Below are positions 46,052 to 55,185 of a stretch of 64,000 bases of DNA, piece after piece; position 1 is the stretch's first letter, and the number at the start of each line of letters is the position of its first letter. Both the position numbers and the translations under genes were made by a program. The DNA comes from a virus. Lineage: Duplodnaviria > Caudoviricetes. A model generated the notes under the pieces. It was not told the origin of the DNA. It saw only the letters and a list, made by a program, of their open reading frames with translations, and did not search any database. The DNA lies in IMG/VR virus record IMGVR_UViG_3300037189_030782; one strand, 5' to 3'.

Positions 46052-46444
46052 ATGCATAAAATTTGGGGCACGACTGAGCAGGTCTATCATAGCCCAACGG
46101 TGTCACGTCACAGCATTTCTATTAATGCAAATCATCATTGCAGTATACATTACCACAAGTATAAGACTAATATATTTGCAATCGACTCTGGCGAGCTAGC
46201 TGTAATAAATTATGAGGGTCTAAACTCTAGTTTTGTACTCTTAACGGCTGGCGATTATTACAGTGTTCCACCATTGCTGGTACACTCATTCTACGCTATC
46301 TCGAACGTCACTGCACACGAGATCTATTGTGCTCAATTTGGACATCAAGTTGATGAGCAAGATATTGTCAGATTTAATGAGGGTGGAGTGTGTTTAGACT
46401 TGGAGCAGTTTGTTAGGAATATAAGACATCATAAGAACAGATGA
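46052..46444 (+). CDS. Cupin-domain protein
   Basis: KIWGTTE, CSIHYHKYKTNIF, VPPLLVHSF cupin motifs. Confidence 0.8.
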   Translation: MHKIWGTTEQVYHSPTVSRHSISINANHHCSIHYHKYKTNIFAIDSGELAVINYEGLNSSFVLLTAGDYYSVPPLLVHSFYAISNVTAHEIYCAQFGHQVDEQDIVRFNEGGVCLDLEQFVRNIRHHKNR

Positions 46445-46466
46445 CCAAATGGACGTCATCGTTTTA

Positions 46467-47574
46467 TTACGGTGTATTTGGGGCTTTATAGACTATGGCG
46501 CTGCCGCCGATCTTCTCAGCGGCCTTTTGTAAGGCGAGGTCAAGTATATGCTTGGCCTTTCCAAAAACAATGGACTTGTGCTCTGGCGGAATCATATCAC
46601 CATACTTATCTTGTAGAGTCGAGTCTATTTTCGAATTGATCATGCGGCGCATATTGCCAAGATGCTTAGTAAGGTCTGCACGATATGCTTGTTCCTTATG
46701 TGCAACTAGGCTGGGATTAGCAGCTGGTGTTAAGCGTAGCAGAAAATCATAAAAGTAATGTTGGCGTTGCTCTAACGGTAATCGTGTGTTGAATAGCTTT
46801 TGATTTAAGAAATCTCTAACAGACGGCGCCTTACCAGCCATTGCTGCCTTGATCTGCGTGGCGAAGGCTGTAGCTAGCGGCGTGTCCAAACGTTCTATGG
46901 ATTCAAGTGCATTATGTATGCCACCATGACGGATCTTGTTATCTAAAGAAACTAGATAGGGTAACAATTGTTTTACGTCCGCTCGACCTGTGGTCGACAT
47001 AGTCGCTTGTTGGGCCGCTTGTAGGGCCGCTTGTTTGGCCGCTTCTTGGCTGCCTTTTTTATATCGATAGTAGTTGTTAACGAAATAAGCTGCTGATCTT
47101 TGTCCTACTTCTAAATCGTAGATGATTGATATATAGTATAATGCGACATAGGGCTCCTCCCATTCGTCCATCTCTTTTCGCACTAATGGTTCTTCGATGG
47201 CTTGCCTAGAAGGATCGCTGCCTCGTAACACAGAGTCTGCTCTAACTACATTGGCAAGAATCGCCGCTAAAACTGGCGGTAAATTTTTAATTATTTGATT
47301 CGCAGTAGCTGTAGCGGCTGATTTACCTGTTAGATTTTTCTCGACTTCAGCCATCGCAGCTTGGACCGCAGCGCTATTGCCAAGGGCCACTTTGTAATGG
47401 GAAAATGACTTTACTGGTATGTCGGTATCAAAGCGATTACCATCCCGAGAGGCCGAGCGGTCATACATTAATCCCTTTTGTGCTTTCTTATAAGCACCAC
47501 TGGTCTCATAGGCCAGTTTTCCAATCCTGAGGCATAGCTTGTTGATTCGCTGTAGTATCAAAGAGCCATAGCTA
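46467..47574 (-). CDS. Hypothetical protein of segment A (C-terminal half of the apparently fused 811-aa ORF)
   Basis: Open frame with segment-A codon style (GCG, CGC); no motif recognised. Confidence 0.6.
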
Positions 47575-47621
47575 TCATCCTCATCCTCATCCTCATCCTC
47601 ATCCTCATCCTCATCCTCATC
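47575..47621. repeat. (TCATCC)7+ microsatellite encoding poly-(Asp-Glu); composition boundary
   Basis: Seven perfect hexamers 47575-47616 plus TCATC. Confidence 0.95.
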
Positions 47622-48902
47622 TACAATTACAATTTCTTGCTCTACAACAGCACTATGGGCATCAACAGCTTCTGGAAATTCTTCCCGCCACTGATCCAGA
47701 GTATCCTTTAGACTATCAGAATCTTTGAGCGCATGGTTTTCTAAAACAAGCTTCAATAATTCCAAGTAAACTGGATCAAGCTGAAAAGAGACGTCTTCAC
47801 CAAGAATATCAACAACACCATCCTTATCGATAATTGACTGGATAGTGGCCAAAACTTTCTTAATACTCTTGATACCGGCTCTGGCGTTTGAATTTTCTTC
47901 AACACCAACTTCGGCCATAGCTTGCTTCAAATTTTTGGAAGAAGCGATTGGCTTTGTCTTCGATTTCTTATTCTGAATCTCTTTTTCTCGTTCTTCAGTC
48001 CTGTCAATGACCTTCTTTGACTGTCGAAGCAAGGTTTCATCGTTATTACTTTCTGCAATAACTTTTTTTGTCTCAGCCCTACCTCTTTTATTTTTAATTG
48101 CGTCTAGCTGTTTGTCCAACTTTGAGGTTTTAGCCTTATGGCTTTCCTGTGCATTGACAATAGCAGCACTTAAAACTTCCGATCTCTTTTCAAGATCGTC
48201 AATCTTTAAAAGTTGGGAGGCTACGCTTCTCTTGATTTTGTCTTCACAAAGCTGAGACAACGTATCTTCGTCAATTTTTTCAAGAAGTTCATCTGTTTCA
48301 TGAAGCCATTTTGAATCTCTTTGCAGGATTTCAAGAATCTGATCGTCACTGGCTCCATACAAACGGAATTCCCGCACAGCAGCCACTTCATGACCGTCCG
48401 TCAGGTTGATGCGATTCTTATTTTCTGCCCATGCGAGCGTTGCAGCTTCAAGATCGCTTGCACAGCTAAATATCTGGCAGACAACGTATTCGTATGCAAT
48501 GTCAGCAGAAACCATTTCTCTTTCAGAAGTAGTTTCTCCAAATTTGCTTTCTCTTGGATCAATTACCATCTCTTTTTTAGAGATGAGATAGTCCAAGGCT
48601 CTATACCTACGATCACCACCAACAAGCTGGGGGTGTGCATTTTCACTATCGCCAACCCAACGGCAAATCAAGGGATTCAAAAGCGTTCTGTGCTTAATGT
48701 TTTCCCTTAGGTCCGCAGACAAAGACCTATCTGTAAGGGTTTCGGTGCCGTTCTGCGTTAAAAGTCTTGGGTTAGAAAATACATAATCCGAAGATTCTTC
48801 CACTTTGTCGGTGGTTATAATTTTTGAAAATTTAACTTTGAAGAGGGAACCGTGGAGATGTTCAATACCGTCAATTAAACCGAAAGAATTTGCCTTTTTC
48901 AT
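47575..48902 (-). CDS. ParB/Srx-like N-terminal domain protein with coiled coil and acidic tail (segment B half of the fused ORF)
   Basis: LRENIKHRTLLNPLICR...LVGGDRRYRAL (ParB GxRR box), AWAENKNRINL. Confidence 0.75.
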
Positions 48903-48944
48903 CGAAAAGTCCTTTTTTCTGTAAAGGTTGAAGAAATCAAAAAA

Positions 48945-49580
48945 TCAAAATTCGTATCCCTTGGTTTTTGAAAAGGGTTTGCGGCAGCGTATCAAGTTGG
49001 TTGTTTCATACTCCTTTTCACCCAAACTCTCAATACCGACATTCTTTTTTCTTAACAATAATCCTTCTAGCTGTGGGTTGTCTAAAGATTCATCAAATCT
49101 AGAAGAAAAGTTGTCATAGAAAGTTTCAGCCATCCAGTGAGATGGCGATATCTCTAATGCGATTCCTGACCTACTCTTTTTTGTGGGGCTTCCACAAATT
49201 GAATTCAAAATTTCAAGTCGCTCAACTTGCGTTGGCTTAAAAAACAAGTATCTGCCAGCTTGCAACACATCAAAGAAAATTATTTCATTGGTGGCATTAA
49301 TGTCTTTGTTCATTAATTCACCATCAAGCCAATATTCTTTGTTTTGCTCAAGATTCAAGCTATCTAATAGCTCATCCCGCCTTTTGCTTTCAAACTGGAA
49401 TTTTGAAAAAGCAGTGCCGTGTCTAGTCCCAACAGTAACTTCTTTATTGCAAGAAATATGCAGAACTATTCTGCTGCCCCTAAACTTTCTTTGTGCTACC
49501 CAATCTCCAGTTTCTTCATAGTAACGAAGATCCGTAGGAAGCATTTTGCCTTTGGGTCTGGGCGGGAAAATAATCTTCAT
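48945..49580 (-). CDS. ATP-dependent ligase adenylation domain only
   Basis: WVAQRKFRG (motif I), LDGEL (III), FFDV (IIIa), EGLLLR (IV), RCRK (V); no OB domain. Confidence 0.75.
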   Translation of the reverse strand: MKIIFPPRPKGKMLPTDLRYYEETGDWVAQRKFRGSRIVLHISCNKEVTVGTRHGTAFSKFQFESKRRDELLDSLNLEQNKEYWLDGELMNKDINATNEIIFFDVLQAGRYLFFKPTQVERLEILNSICGSPTKKSRSGIALEISPSHWMAETFYDNFSSRFDESLDNPQLEGLLLRKKNVGIESLGEKEYETTNLIRCRKPFSKTKGYEF

Positions 49581-49651
49581 AGTGATTTAACCCTCCCTCC
49601 CCAGTTTAAGGTAGCCTACCACCTTGAAATCCTTTGGTTGGCTGGGGGAAT

Positions 49652-49680
49652 ATGATAGCACAGATTTTTAGCTTGTTAAG
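49652..49680 (-). promoter_or_regulatory. Sigma70-like promoter TTAACA-N16-TATCAT with extended -10
   Basis: Minus strand CTTAACAAGCTAAAAATCTGTGCTATCAT; same architecture as four other segment-B sites. Confidence 0.6.
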
Positions 49681-49751
49681 TCCATTTTTCCCGAAAAATA
49701 CTGAGATTTTTTGCCTCTAATCTGCCGCATAAACCCCAAACAGCCCAGATT

Positions 49752-50387
49752 CTAATTGCTATCGCAAATTTTAAAAATGCTCCCACAGACCAAGCATTTA
49801 GCACGGAGAGGATTAGAACTTTTAATGCCCCTTCCACATCTAACCGAGTTGTAGGGACTTGGGCAATCACATTCGTATTTTAGAAAAAATGCTTTTTTAT
49901 TTTTTGAATTTGAGACTAAGGTGCCTCTGTCTATTTTTTCCCATTGAAAAGCATTTAATTCACAAAGAATTTTAGAATTATTTTCTGTGAATGGAATTCT
50001 GATAAACTGCGGGAGTAAGGCGTTCCTAGGAACTTCTGTGCTGAGAACAGACCATCCTTGTGCCTTGTGTTTAACAACAATGAAGCCGATACTCAAAGCA
50101 CAGTCAGCAAAAGCGTTTTTATGATAAAAATTTCTTCCAACATCAACGATTCTTTGTTGATGGTTAAAAATATGAATCATTTCATGGCACATACTAATAA
50201 AAAAATCTTCTTTAGTAGTGTACCTTGCACCAGAACCTAGCCTTAAATGATTATCTTTCCAAGAAAATAAAAAATTTTCTTGTGGAAGAATACAAAGAGG
50301 AACCTTTTGGATTCTTCCTGAGAAAAAAGATTTATTGATTGAAGAAAATAAGTTTTCTATTTGAACCAATAAATCAGGTTCTTTCAT
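49752..50387 (-). CDS. SprT-like zinc metalloprotease with C-terminal zinc ribbon
   Basis: CHEMIH (HExxH), YHKNAF, KYECDC...KCLVCG. Confidence 0.8.
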   Translation of the reverse strand: MKEPDLLVQIENLFSSINKSFFSGRIQKVPLCILPQENFLFSWKDNHLRLGSGARYTTKEDFFISMCHEMIHIFNHQQRIVDVGRNFYHKNAFADCALSIGFIVVKHKAQGWSVLSTEVPRNALLPQFIRIPFTENNSKILCELNAFQWEKIDRGTLVSNSKNKKAFFLKYECDCPSPYNSVRCGRGIKSSNPLRAKCLVCGSIFKICDSN

Positions 50388-50565
50388 AGCTCTTTTTTCT
50401 TTCAGCTTCCTTTATTGCTTCATAAACTTCGCTCCTATGCACTGGTATGCGATCTGGAGCTTCTATGCCTAATCTAACGGTGTCACCCCTAATGTCTACG
50501 ATAAAAATTCTGACATTGTCGCCAATAACAACACTTTCATCCTTTTTCCTGCTTAAAACTAACAT
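50374..50565 (-). CDS. csrA: Carbon storage regulator CsrA
   Basis: [48 protein letters not shown]. Confidence 0.95.
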   Translation of the reverse strand: MLVLSRKKDESVVIGDNVRIFIVDIRGDTVRLGIEAPDRIPVHRSEVYEAIKEAERKKSYERT

Positions 50566-50605
50566 CAGAAATTCCTTTTTCGATGGAAAAAAACAAACCC
50601 AAGGA

Positions 50606-50634
50606 ATGATAACACATTCACAAGAAAAATCAAG
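50606..50634 (-). promoter_or_regulatory. Promoter upstream of csrA, TTGATT-N16-TATCAT
   Basis: Minus strand CTTGATTTTTCTTGTGAATGTGTTATCAT. Confidence 0.6.
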
Positions 50635-50636
50635 AC

Positions 50637-50669
50637 AAAAAAACCACTGAGGTTTCCCCCAGTGGTTTT
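50637..50669 (-). terminator. Rho-independent terminator
   Basis: Minus strand AAAACCACTGGGG-GAAA-CCTCAGTGGTTTT followed by further T residues. Confidence 0.85.
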
Positions 50670-50693
50670 ATTTACGAATAGTTTTATTTCAAC

Positions 50694-50849
50694 TTAGAAT
50701 AATCTTTGGCCACAGACTGTTACAGCTGCGACCCAAGCTCCGGCCTTGCCGTTGCAAATTCCAAGAGCCTGAGCAATTCTGCTGCAACGTGGATAAAAGT
50801 ATTTCCAAGAAGCAGTTGTGTAGGTTCCATTTGGTTTTAAGCATCTCAT
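50694..50849 (-). CDS. 51-aa Cys-containing peptide, absent from the ORF track
   Basis: AAGGAGG SD, MRCLKPNGTYTTASWKYFYPRCSRIAQALGICNGKAGAWVAAVTVCGQRLF, own terminator. Confidence 0.7.
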   Translation of the reverse strand: MRCLKPNGTYTTASWKYFYPRCSRIAQALGICNGKAGAWVAAVTVCGQRLF

Positions 50850-50894
50850 GAGATATCCTCCTTAATAAATGTTTGAAGCTATACTCCAACATAA

Positions 50895-51695
50895 TTATAT
50901 ATTAGTTTTCTGCATATCTTTGTCATGTTGTTCTCTAGCTTTTCGCAATATTTCCTTGACTTTTCTATTCTTATCAAATTGTTGTAGTGTGCCTCTGCCG
51001 ATGTGAGAAACCCAGCTAGAACCACAAACTCCTTGCTTAAAACCTTTAGAATTCATTCTCTTGGCAAACTCTTCTGCTTCGCAACCAGCATAAGGGTATT
51101 CTTTAAATAAACCAACATGTTTAAATAGATCTCTGTGAGCAAGTGCACAGTAAAGAGGCAAAAACTCATTTTTTAAAATGTAATTTTCTCCACTAAAAGA
51201 CCTTTTGCTTTTTAAGACATCGAAATCTACTACTGGATTATCTGTTTTTGGGGAAACCATTTTCACATTATCTTTTTTGAACGACTCCAAAAAATTGCCT
51301 AAATTTAAAAGCCAATCTTTGCTATCCAGCGAAACGTCAGAGTGCATTAATAAAACATATGGTATTTCTTTTGTTGAATTATTTTCAAATATCCAAGGAT
51401 TTGACAAAGCAAAGTTTATTGAGGATCCAAAACCTTTATTTTGTCTTTGTCTTAAGCACCGTAAGCCAGGAACCTTAGATTTTTGTATTTGTGTGTGAAA
51501 TTCGTTGTTGGAAGAACCGTCATCAACCAAAGTAACAAGGTACCTATTAGAATAAACGGTATTAAAAATGTCCTGAACTAAATTGCTTACAAACGAGTGC
51601 TTTCCATAAAAAGGAATTATTATTTCGACCTCTTTTTTGGCGAATAACTCGGTCCTTATTGTCCTATTGATCATTATTTTGTTTTCTTCCGCCAT
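50895..51695 (-). CDS. Glycosyltransferase family 2
   Basis: IIIPFYG, LVDDGS, NKGFGSSIN, LMHSDV, WVSHIG. Confidence 0.88.
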   Translation of the reverse strand: MAEENKIMINRTIRTELFAKKEVEIIIPFYGKHSFVSNLVQDIFNTVYSNRYLVTLVDDGSSNNEFHTQIQKSKVPGLRCLRQRQNKGFGSSINFALSNPWIFENNSTKEIPYVLLMHSDVSLDSKDWLLNLGNFLESFKKDNVKMVSPKTDNPVVDFDVLKSKRSFSGENYILKNEFLPLYCALAHRDLFKHVGLFKEYPYAGCEAEEFAKRMNSKGFKQGVCGSSWVSHIGRGTLQQFDKNRKVKEILRKAREQHDKDMQKTNI

Positions 51696-51759
51696 CAAGG
51701 CTCCTACTAAATTTAAAAGAAAATGACTGTTATATATTAGAGTTATATGGGAAAGAAAA

Positions 51760-52677
51760 ATGAATCAAAAAAGCATTAAAGAGTACATAAGAGCATTAGA
51801 TCACATTAGTAGTTTTCTGAAAACTCTTCTAGAAGAAGAGAATAAAATTGTACCTTTTCAAAAAGGTGAAAGGGACAGGCTATCAGAAATAACAGAACTA
51901 AGGATGTTGGCTAAATCAGATGTTTGGCCTGAGGCGGTGCCGCCAGAACTAATATGCAACGATATAGAAGAAGAAAAAATGTCAAGAGCCGCTGGCATTG
52001 TTCAAGACTTCATAGCAATGGATCTAAAAGAAAAATCATTCTTGGACTTTGGATGTGGAGAAGGCCACGTTCCATACGTTGCTGCCACTCTATATGAATC
52101 TAAAAATGTTGTTGGATATGATATAAAAAACCAAGACTGGGCAGCTCTTGACCCACACGATGAATTAAAATTCACGACAGAATGGGAAGATGTTAGAAGA
52201 AAAGGACCATATGATATTATTTTAATAAACGATGTGCTTGATCACTGCAAAGATCCAGCTTCTACACTACAAATGATCCAAGAAGTCAAAAAGCCTATCG
52301 ATGGGCAAGTTTTTCTAAGAATACACCCTTGGACAAGTCGCCATGGATCACATCTTTATAAACAATTAAATAAAGCCTATCTACATTTAGTTTTTACAAA
52401 AGATGAGCTGTATGCAATGGGGCTAGAACCTCCAGAAATTTTAAGAATAATAAACCCAATCAAAACATATAAAAGATTCATCAAAGATGCAGGGTTTACA
52501 ATACTCAAAGAAAGTGTGGTAACTCAACCAGTAGAGTTGTTCTTCACCCACACCCCAGAAGTACTTCGAAGAATAAAATCCAATTGGAGAAATAGCGACG
52601 AACCAAAATTAGCTTCTGGTGAGTTGTTTCCAAGAGAAATATTAGAAATACAGTTTATAGACTTTACTTTGATCTAA
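51760..52677 (+). CDS. Class I SAM-dependent methyltransferase
   Basis: FLDFGCGEG, VVGYDI, YDIILINDVLDH. Confidence 0.88.
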   Translation: MNQKSIKEYIRALDHISSFLKTLLEEENKIVPFQKGERDRLSEITELRMLAKSDVWPEAVPPELICNDIEEEKMSRAAGIVQDFIAMDLKEKSFLDFGCGEGHVPYVAATLYESKNVVGYDIKNQDWAALDPHDELKFTTEWEDVRRKGPYDIILINDVLDHCKDPASTLQMIQEVKKPIDGQVFLRIHPWTSRHGSHLYKQLNKAYLHLVFTKDELYAMGLEPPEILRIINPIKTYKRFIKDAGFTILKESVVTQPVELFFTHTPEVLRRIKSNWRNSDEPKLASGELFPREILEIQFIDFTLI

Positions 52678-53842
52678 GATGATTTATTGCGTGATTCCAA
52701 TCATCCTGTGCACCTCCTTGTATACTTAGTTCTTGTCTTTCTTTAAACCTTTCAAATGCAGCAAATTCTATATCCGAGTGACTGAAGTTTTTCTCTAATC
52801 TAGCTATTGCCTCTTCGAAGTCATTACCTTGTTCAAAATACTCTTTGAGTCTAAAGATTTGATCTAGATTCAAGCCATCAGATTTTTCCGCCCAGTCTTG
52901 AACTAAAATCTTTTTTCTTATAGATAAATTTGGGTTTGAAAAGCACCTTGTGTACTTAAATCTGGAAGGTCTGTTTCTCAAGGCTGAATCTACTTTTGAA
53001 ATGTCGTTTACAGTCATTATAAAAACTACGTTTTCATAAGTGGTATAAACTCCATCTAATCCGTTCAAGATTATGTCATAAGTAAATTTGATTGTACGGT
53101 TTCCTTCACCACCCATTATACATTTTCTTCCATGAAAATAATTATCAAAGTCTTCAAATAAAACTATGCACTTTTTTGGAATCTGCGAAAACATAAGAAG
53201 CAAATCCTGATTGTTCCAATCAGGATCTAGCGTAAAGATCATTATGGGCAATTTGTGCTTTGTAGAAAGATACTTTATAAATGAAGTTTTCCCGTTTCCA
53301 GGTGGCCCATAAAAAAGGGCACTAGTGGTTGATCTTTTAAGTTGAGATACCTCTTCAACCTCTCTATCAAAATCAACCCAAAGAGAATCATCAACAATAG
53401 GAGCTGGAAAAGTCTTCTTTAAAGAACCGATTTTATCAGCACCGTAGGGTAGCATAAGTTCTACAGGAACTCCCAAAGTATAAAACTGCATTTCTTTTAT
53501 TCTGCCATGTAGATACTTTTTTAATTTAGAATATTGCCAACGAAAACAAAAAATAAAAGTCAAATGGTCTTTGCCGTGATATCCTGCTTGCATCAATCTT
53601 TCTGTTCGATCTATGTAAAACCAAGGAGAACCATTAAAAAAACAAAAAGCAGAAAAAATAACGGGATGACGGTTTTCAGTTACAAATTCTTCGTGAATAA
53701 TTATCTTTTTCTCTTCTTTACAAAGCTCGTACAGAGTTTTAAAAGTATTAGTGTCTATTCGGGTTTCTATCAATAGAACATACTTAAAAACAGCCCAAAT
53801 CCCTACAAAAGATGCAAGAAGAGTAAAAACCGTTGACCACAT
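52664..53842 (-). CDS. Membrane-anchored AAA+ ATPase (BCS1-like) with DUF2934-like C-terminal motif
   Basis: N-terminal TM helix, YGPPGNGKTS, LFEDFD, DSALRNRPSRF; tail IEFAAFERFKER...DDWNHA. Confidence 0.85.
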   Translation of the reverse strand: MWSTVFTLLASFVGIWAVFKYVLLIETRIDTNTFKTLYELCKEEKKIIIHEEFVTENRHPVIFSAFCFFNGSPWFYIDRTERLMQAGYHGKDHLTFIFCFRWQYSKLKKYLHGRIKEMQFYTLGVPVELMLPYGADKIGSLKKTFPAPIVDDSLWVDFDREVEEVSQLKRSTTSALFYGPPGNGKTSFIKYLSTKHKLPIMIFTLDPDWNNQDLLLMFSQIPKKCIVLFEDFDNYFHGRKCIMGGEGNRTIKFTYDIILNGLDGVYTTYENVVFIMTVNDISKVDSALRNRPSRFKYTRCFSNPNLSIRKKILVQDWAEKSDGLNLDQIFRLKEYFEQGNDFEEAIARLEKNFSHSDIEFAAFERFKERQELSIQGGAQDDWNHAINHLRSK

Positions 53843-53956
53843 AAAATCTTCTTATTGAGGGGTCACCAAAAAAAGCAATTTAGTTCTGGGGTTCGATTTA
53901 GTCAATACCGAAAAGAAATTACATATATATTTAGAAATAGTTTAAATGGAAGCAAT

Positions 53957-54688
53957 ATGATTAAATTTAAAGAATGGTTTCAAATATCTGAGAGTAAAGG
54001 TATACGGTTAACCGATGAAATCGTGTCCCAAATTAAATCGTCTATCGACAAAATTTATCAAACAGCAAAAGCTATTAAAAAAGAGCCCGAGGGAGAGGTT
54101 TTTGATGTAGCAATAATAAAGTATAACGATCCATACTTTAAAGATAGGCAACGTGAAATAAACATACACGTTGTAAACAATAGCTATGAAAACAATAATG
54201 GGTCATTTAGAATAGGATACGGCATACAAATCAATGTTGCTCATGTTGAAGAAGAAGAACTAACTCCTAGGTGGATTGAAAGAGTAGTAGCCCATGAATT
54301 AATACACTCTATGGACCCAAAAATGAGTAACTTTAATACTTTTAAAAACGTCAAAAACTACGATAACAAAGGTGGAATCGATTACTACACTCATCCATTC
54401 GAATTCGATGCATATACAGGACAGCTAGCCTACTCAATAACAACTGCTGCGGATAGACTAAAAGGTACTGATAAAGAACCGATATTAAAAAAACAGTTAG
54501 ATGACACATTAAGATTTATATCTAATCCTGAGAAATCTAAAGCCGAAAAAATTTACGGAGTTATTGGTGATCCCGAGTACTGGAAGTATTATCACATATA
54601 CTTCGCACACGGATCATCGCAACAAAAGCGTAAAATGTATCAAAGAATATATAAAGCTGTGATAGATGCTAAGGCAAATTTGGGCTAA
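53957..54688 (+). CDS. Zincin-like HExxH protein
   Basis: VAHELIHSMD...PFEFDAY; N-terminus MIKFKEWF. Confidence 0.7.
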   Translation: MIKFKEWFQISESKGIRLTDEIVSQIKSSIDKIYQTAKAIKKEPEGEVFDVAIIKYNDPYFKDRQREINIHVVNNSYENNNGSFRIGYGIQINVAHVEEEELTPRWIERVVAHELIHSMDPKMSNFNTFKNVKNYDNKGGIDYYTHPFEFDAYTGQLAYSITTAADRLKGTDKEPILKKQLDDTLRFISNPEKSKAEKIYGVIGDPEYWKYYHIYFAHGSSQQKRKMYQRIYKAVIDAKANLG

Positions 54689-54691
54689 TTA

Positions 54692-54931
54692 TCAGTGATC
54701 AAAAGATCTGATTGCGTCCCTATTCTTTTTAGATCTTGAACCTTTATAAATATTTGAATCTGAGCTTCCAGAACGTCCATATGTTTTTGAATCACCTTGA
54801 CCGGCCATGTCGTGTATACGTGATTTACTTGTTCTTAAGGCAAGCTCTTGGTTACTCTTAATTCTTGGTTGTTTAGTTGCTGATTTTTGATTTCTTTTTT
54901 CTCTTCTTTCCAACCATAATGAAAACTTCAT
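54692..54931 (-). CDS. Small basic protein
   Basis: MKFSLWLE N-terminus; Arg/Lys-rich. Confidence 0.7.
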   Translation of the reverse strand: MKFSLWLERREKRNQKSATKQPRIKSNQELALRTSKSRIHDMAGQGDSKTYGRSGSSDSNIYKGSRSKKNRDAIRSFDH

Positions 54932-54933
54932 AT

Positions 54934-55185
54934 TTATCCTTCCAAAAGCTCTAGAATCTTTGGGCTTTTTCCAATGTATATATTGTACACATGTTCCGCT
55001 TTTTTTCCGTTTAATGTGAAAATATCGCCATTTTTTAAAGGCTTATTTATATAAGGAACATAAACAGCCTGATTGTTTAAATTTAAGATTACATTTTCTA
55101 TGTTCTCCGTCATAGGCCTAGAATATATTTCTGTGTAATCAATGTTATTAACTACAAAAGTATAAATTGGAGGAGTTAGAGGCAT
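54934..55185 (-). CDS. Hypothetical protein (83 aa)
   Basis: Tightly packed in the minus-strand run. Confidence 0.65.
   Translation of the reverse strand: MPLTPPIYTFVVNNIDYTEIYSRPMTENIENVILNLNNQAVYVPYINKPLKNGDIFTLNGKKAEHVYNIYIGKSPKILELLEG

Noticed and set aside
42-48710. Many short opposite-strand ORFs in the track (e.g. 716-967, 12642-13121, 38166-38798, 41855-42310, 43524-43973)
   Set aside because: They are shadows lying fully inside motif-bearing genes, with no SD or motifs.
46467-48902. A genuine novel ParB fusion protein of 811 aa
   Set aside because: The fusion point is a perfect microsatellite at a composition boundary, so it is more likely an artefact until reads confirm it.
50689-50892. 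67-aa ORF from the track
   Set aside because: It lacks an SD; the overlapping frame 50694-50849 has a perfect AAGGAGG and fits the terminator.
53888-53899. GGTTCGA tRNA-like motif
   Set aside because: No cloverleaf; the region better fits a TTGACT-N17-TAAATT promoter for the AAA gene.
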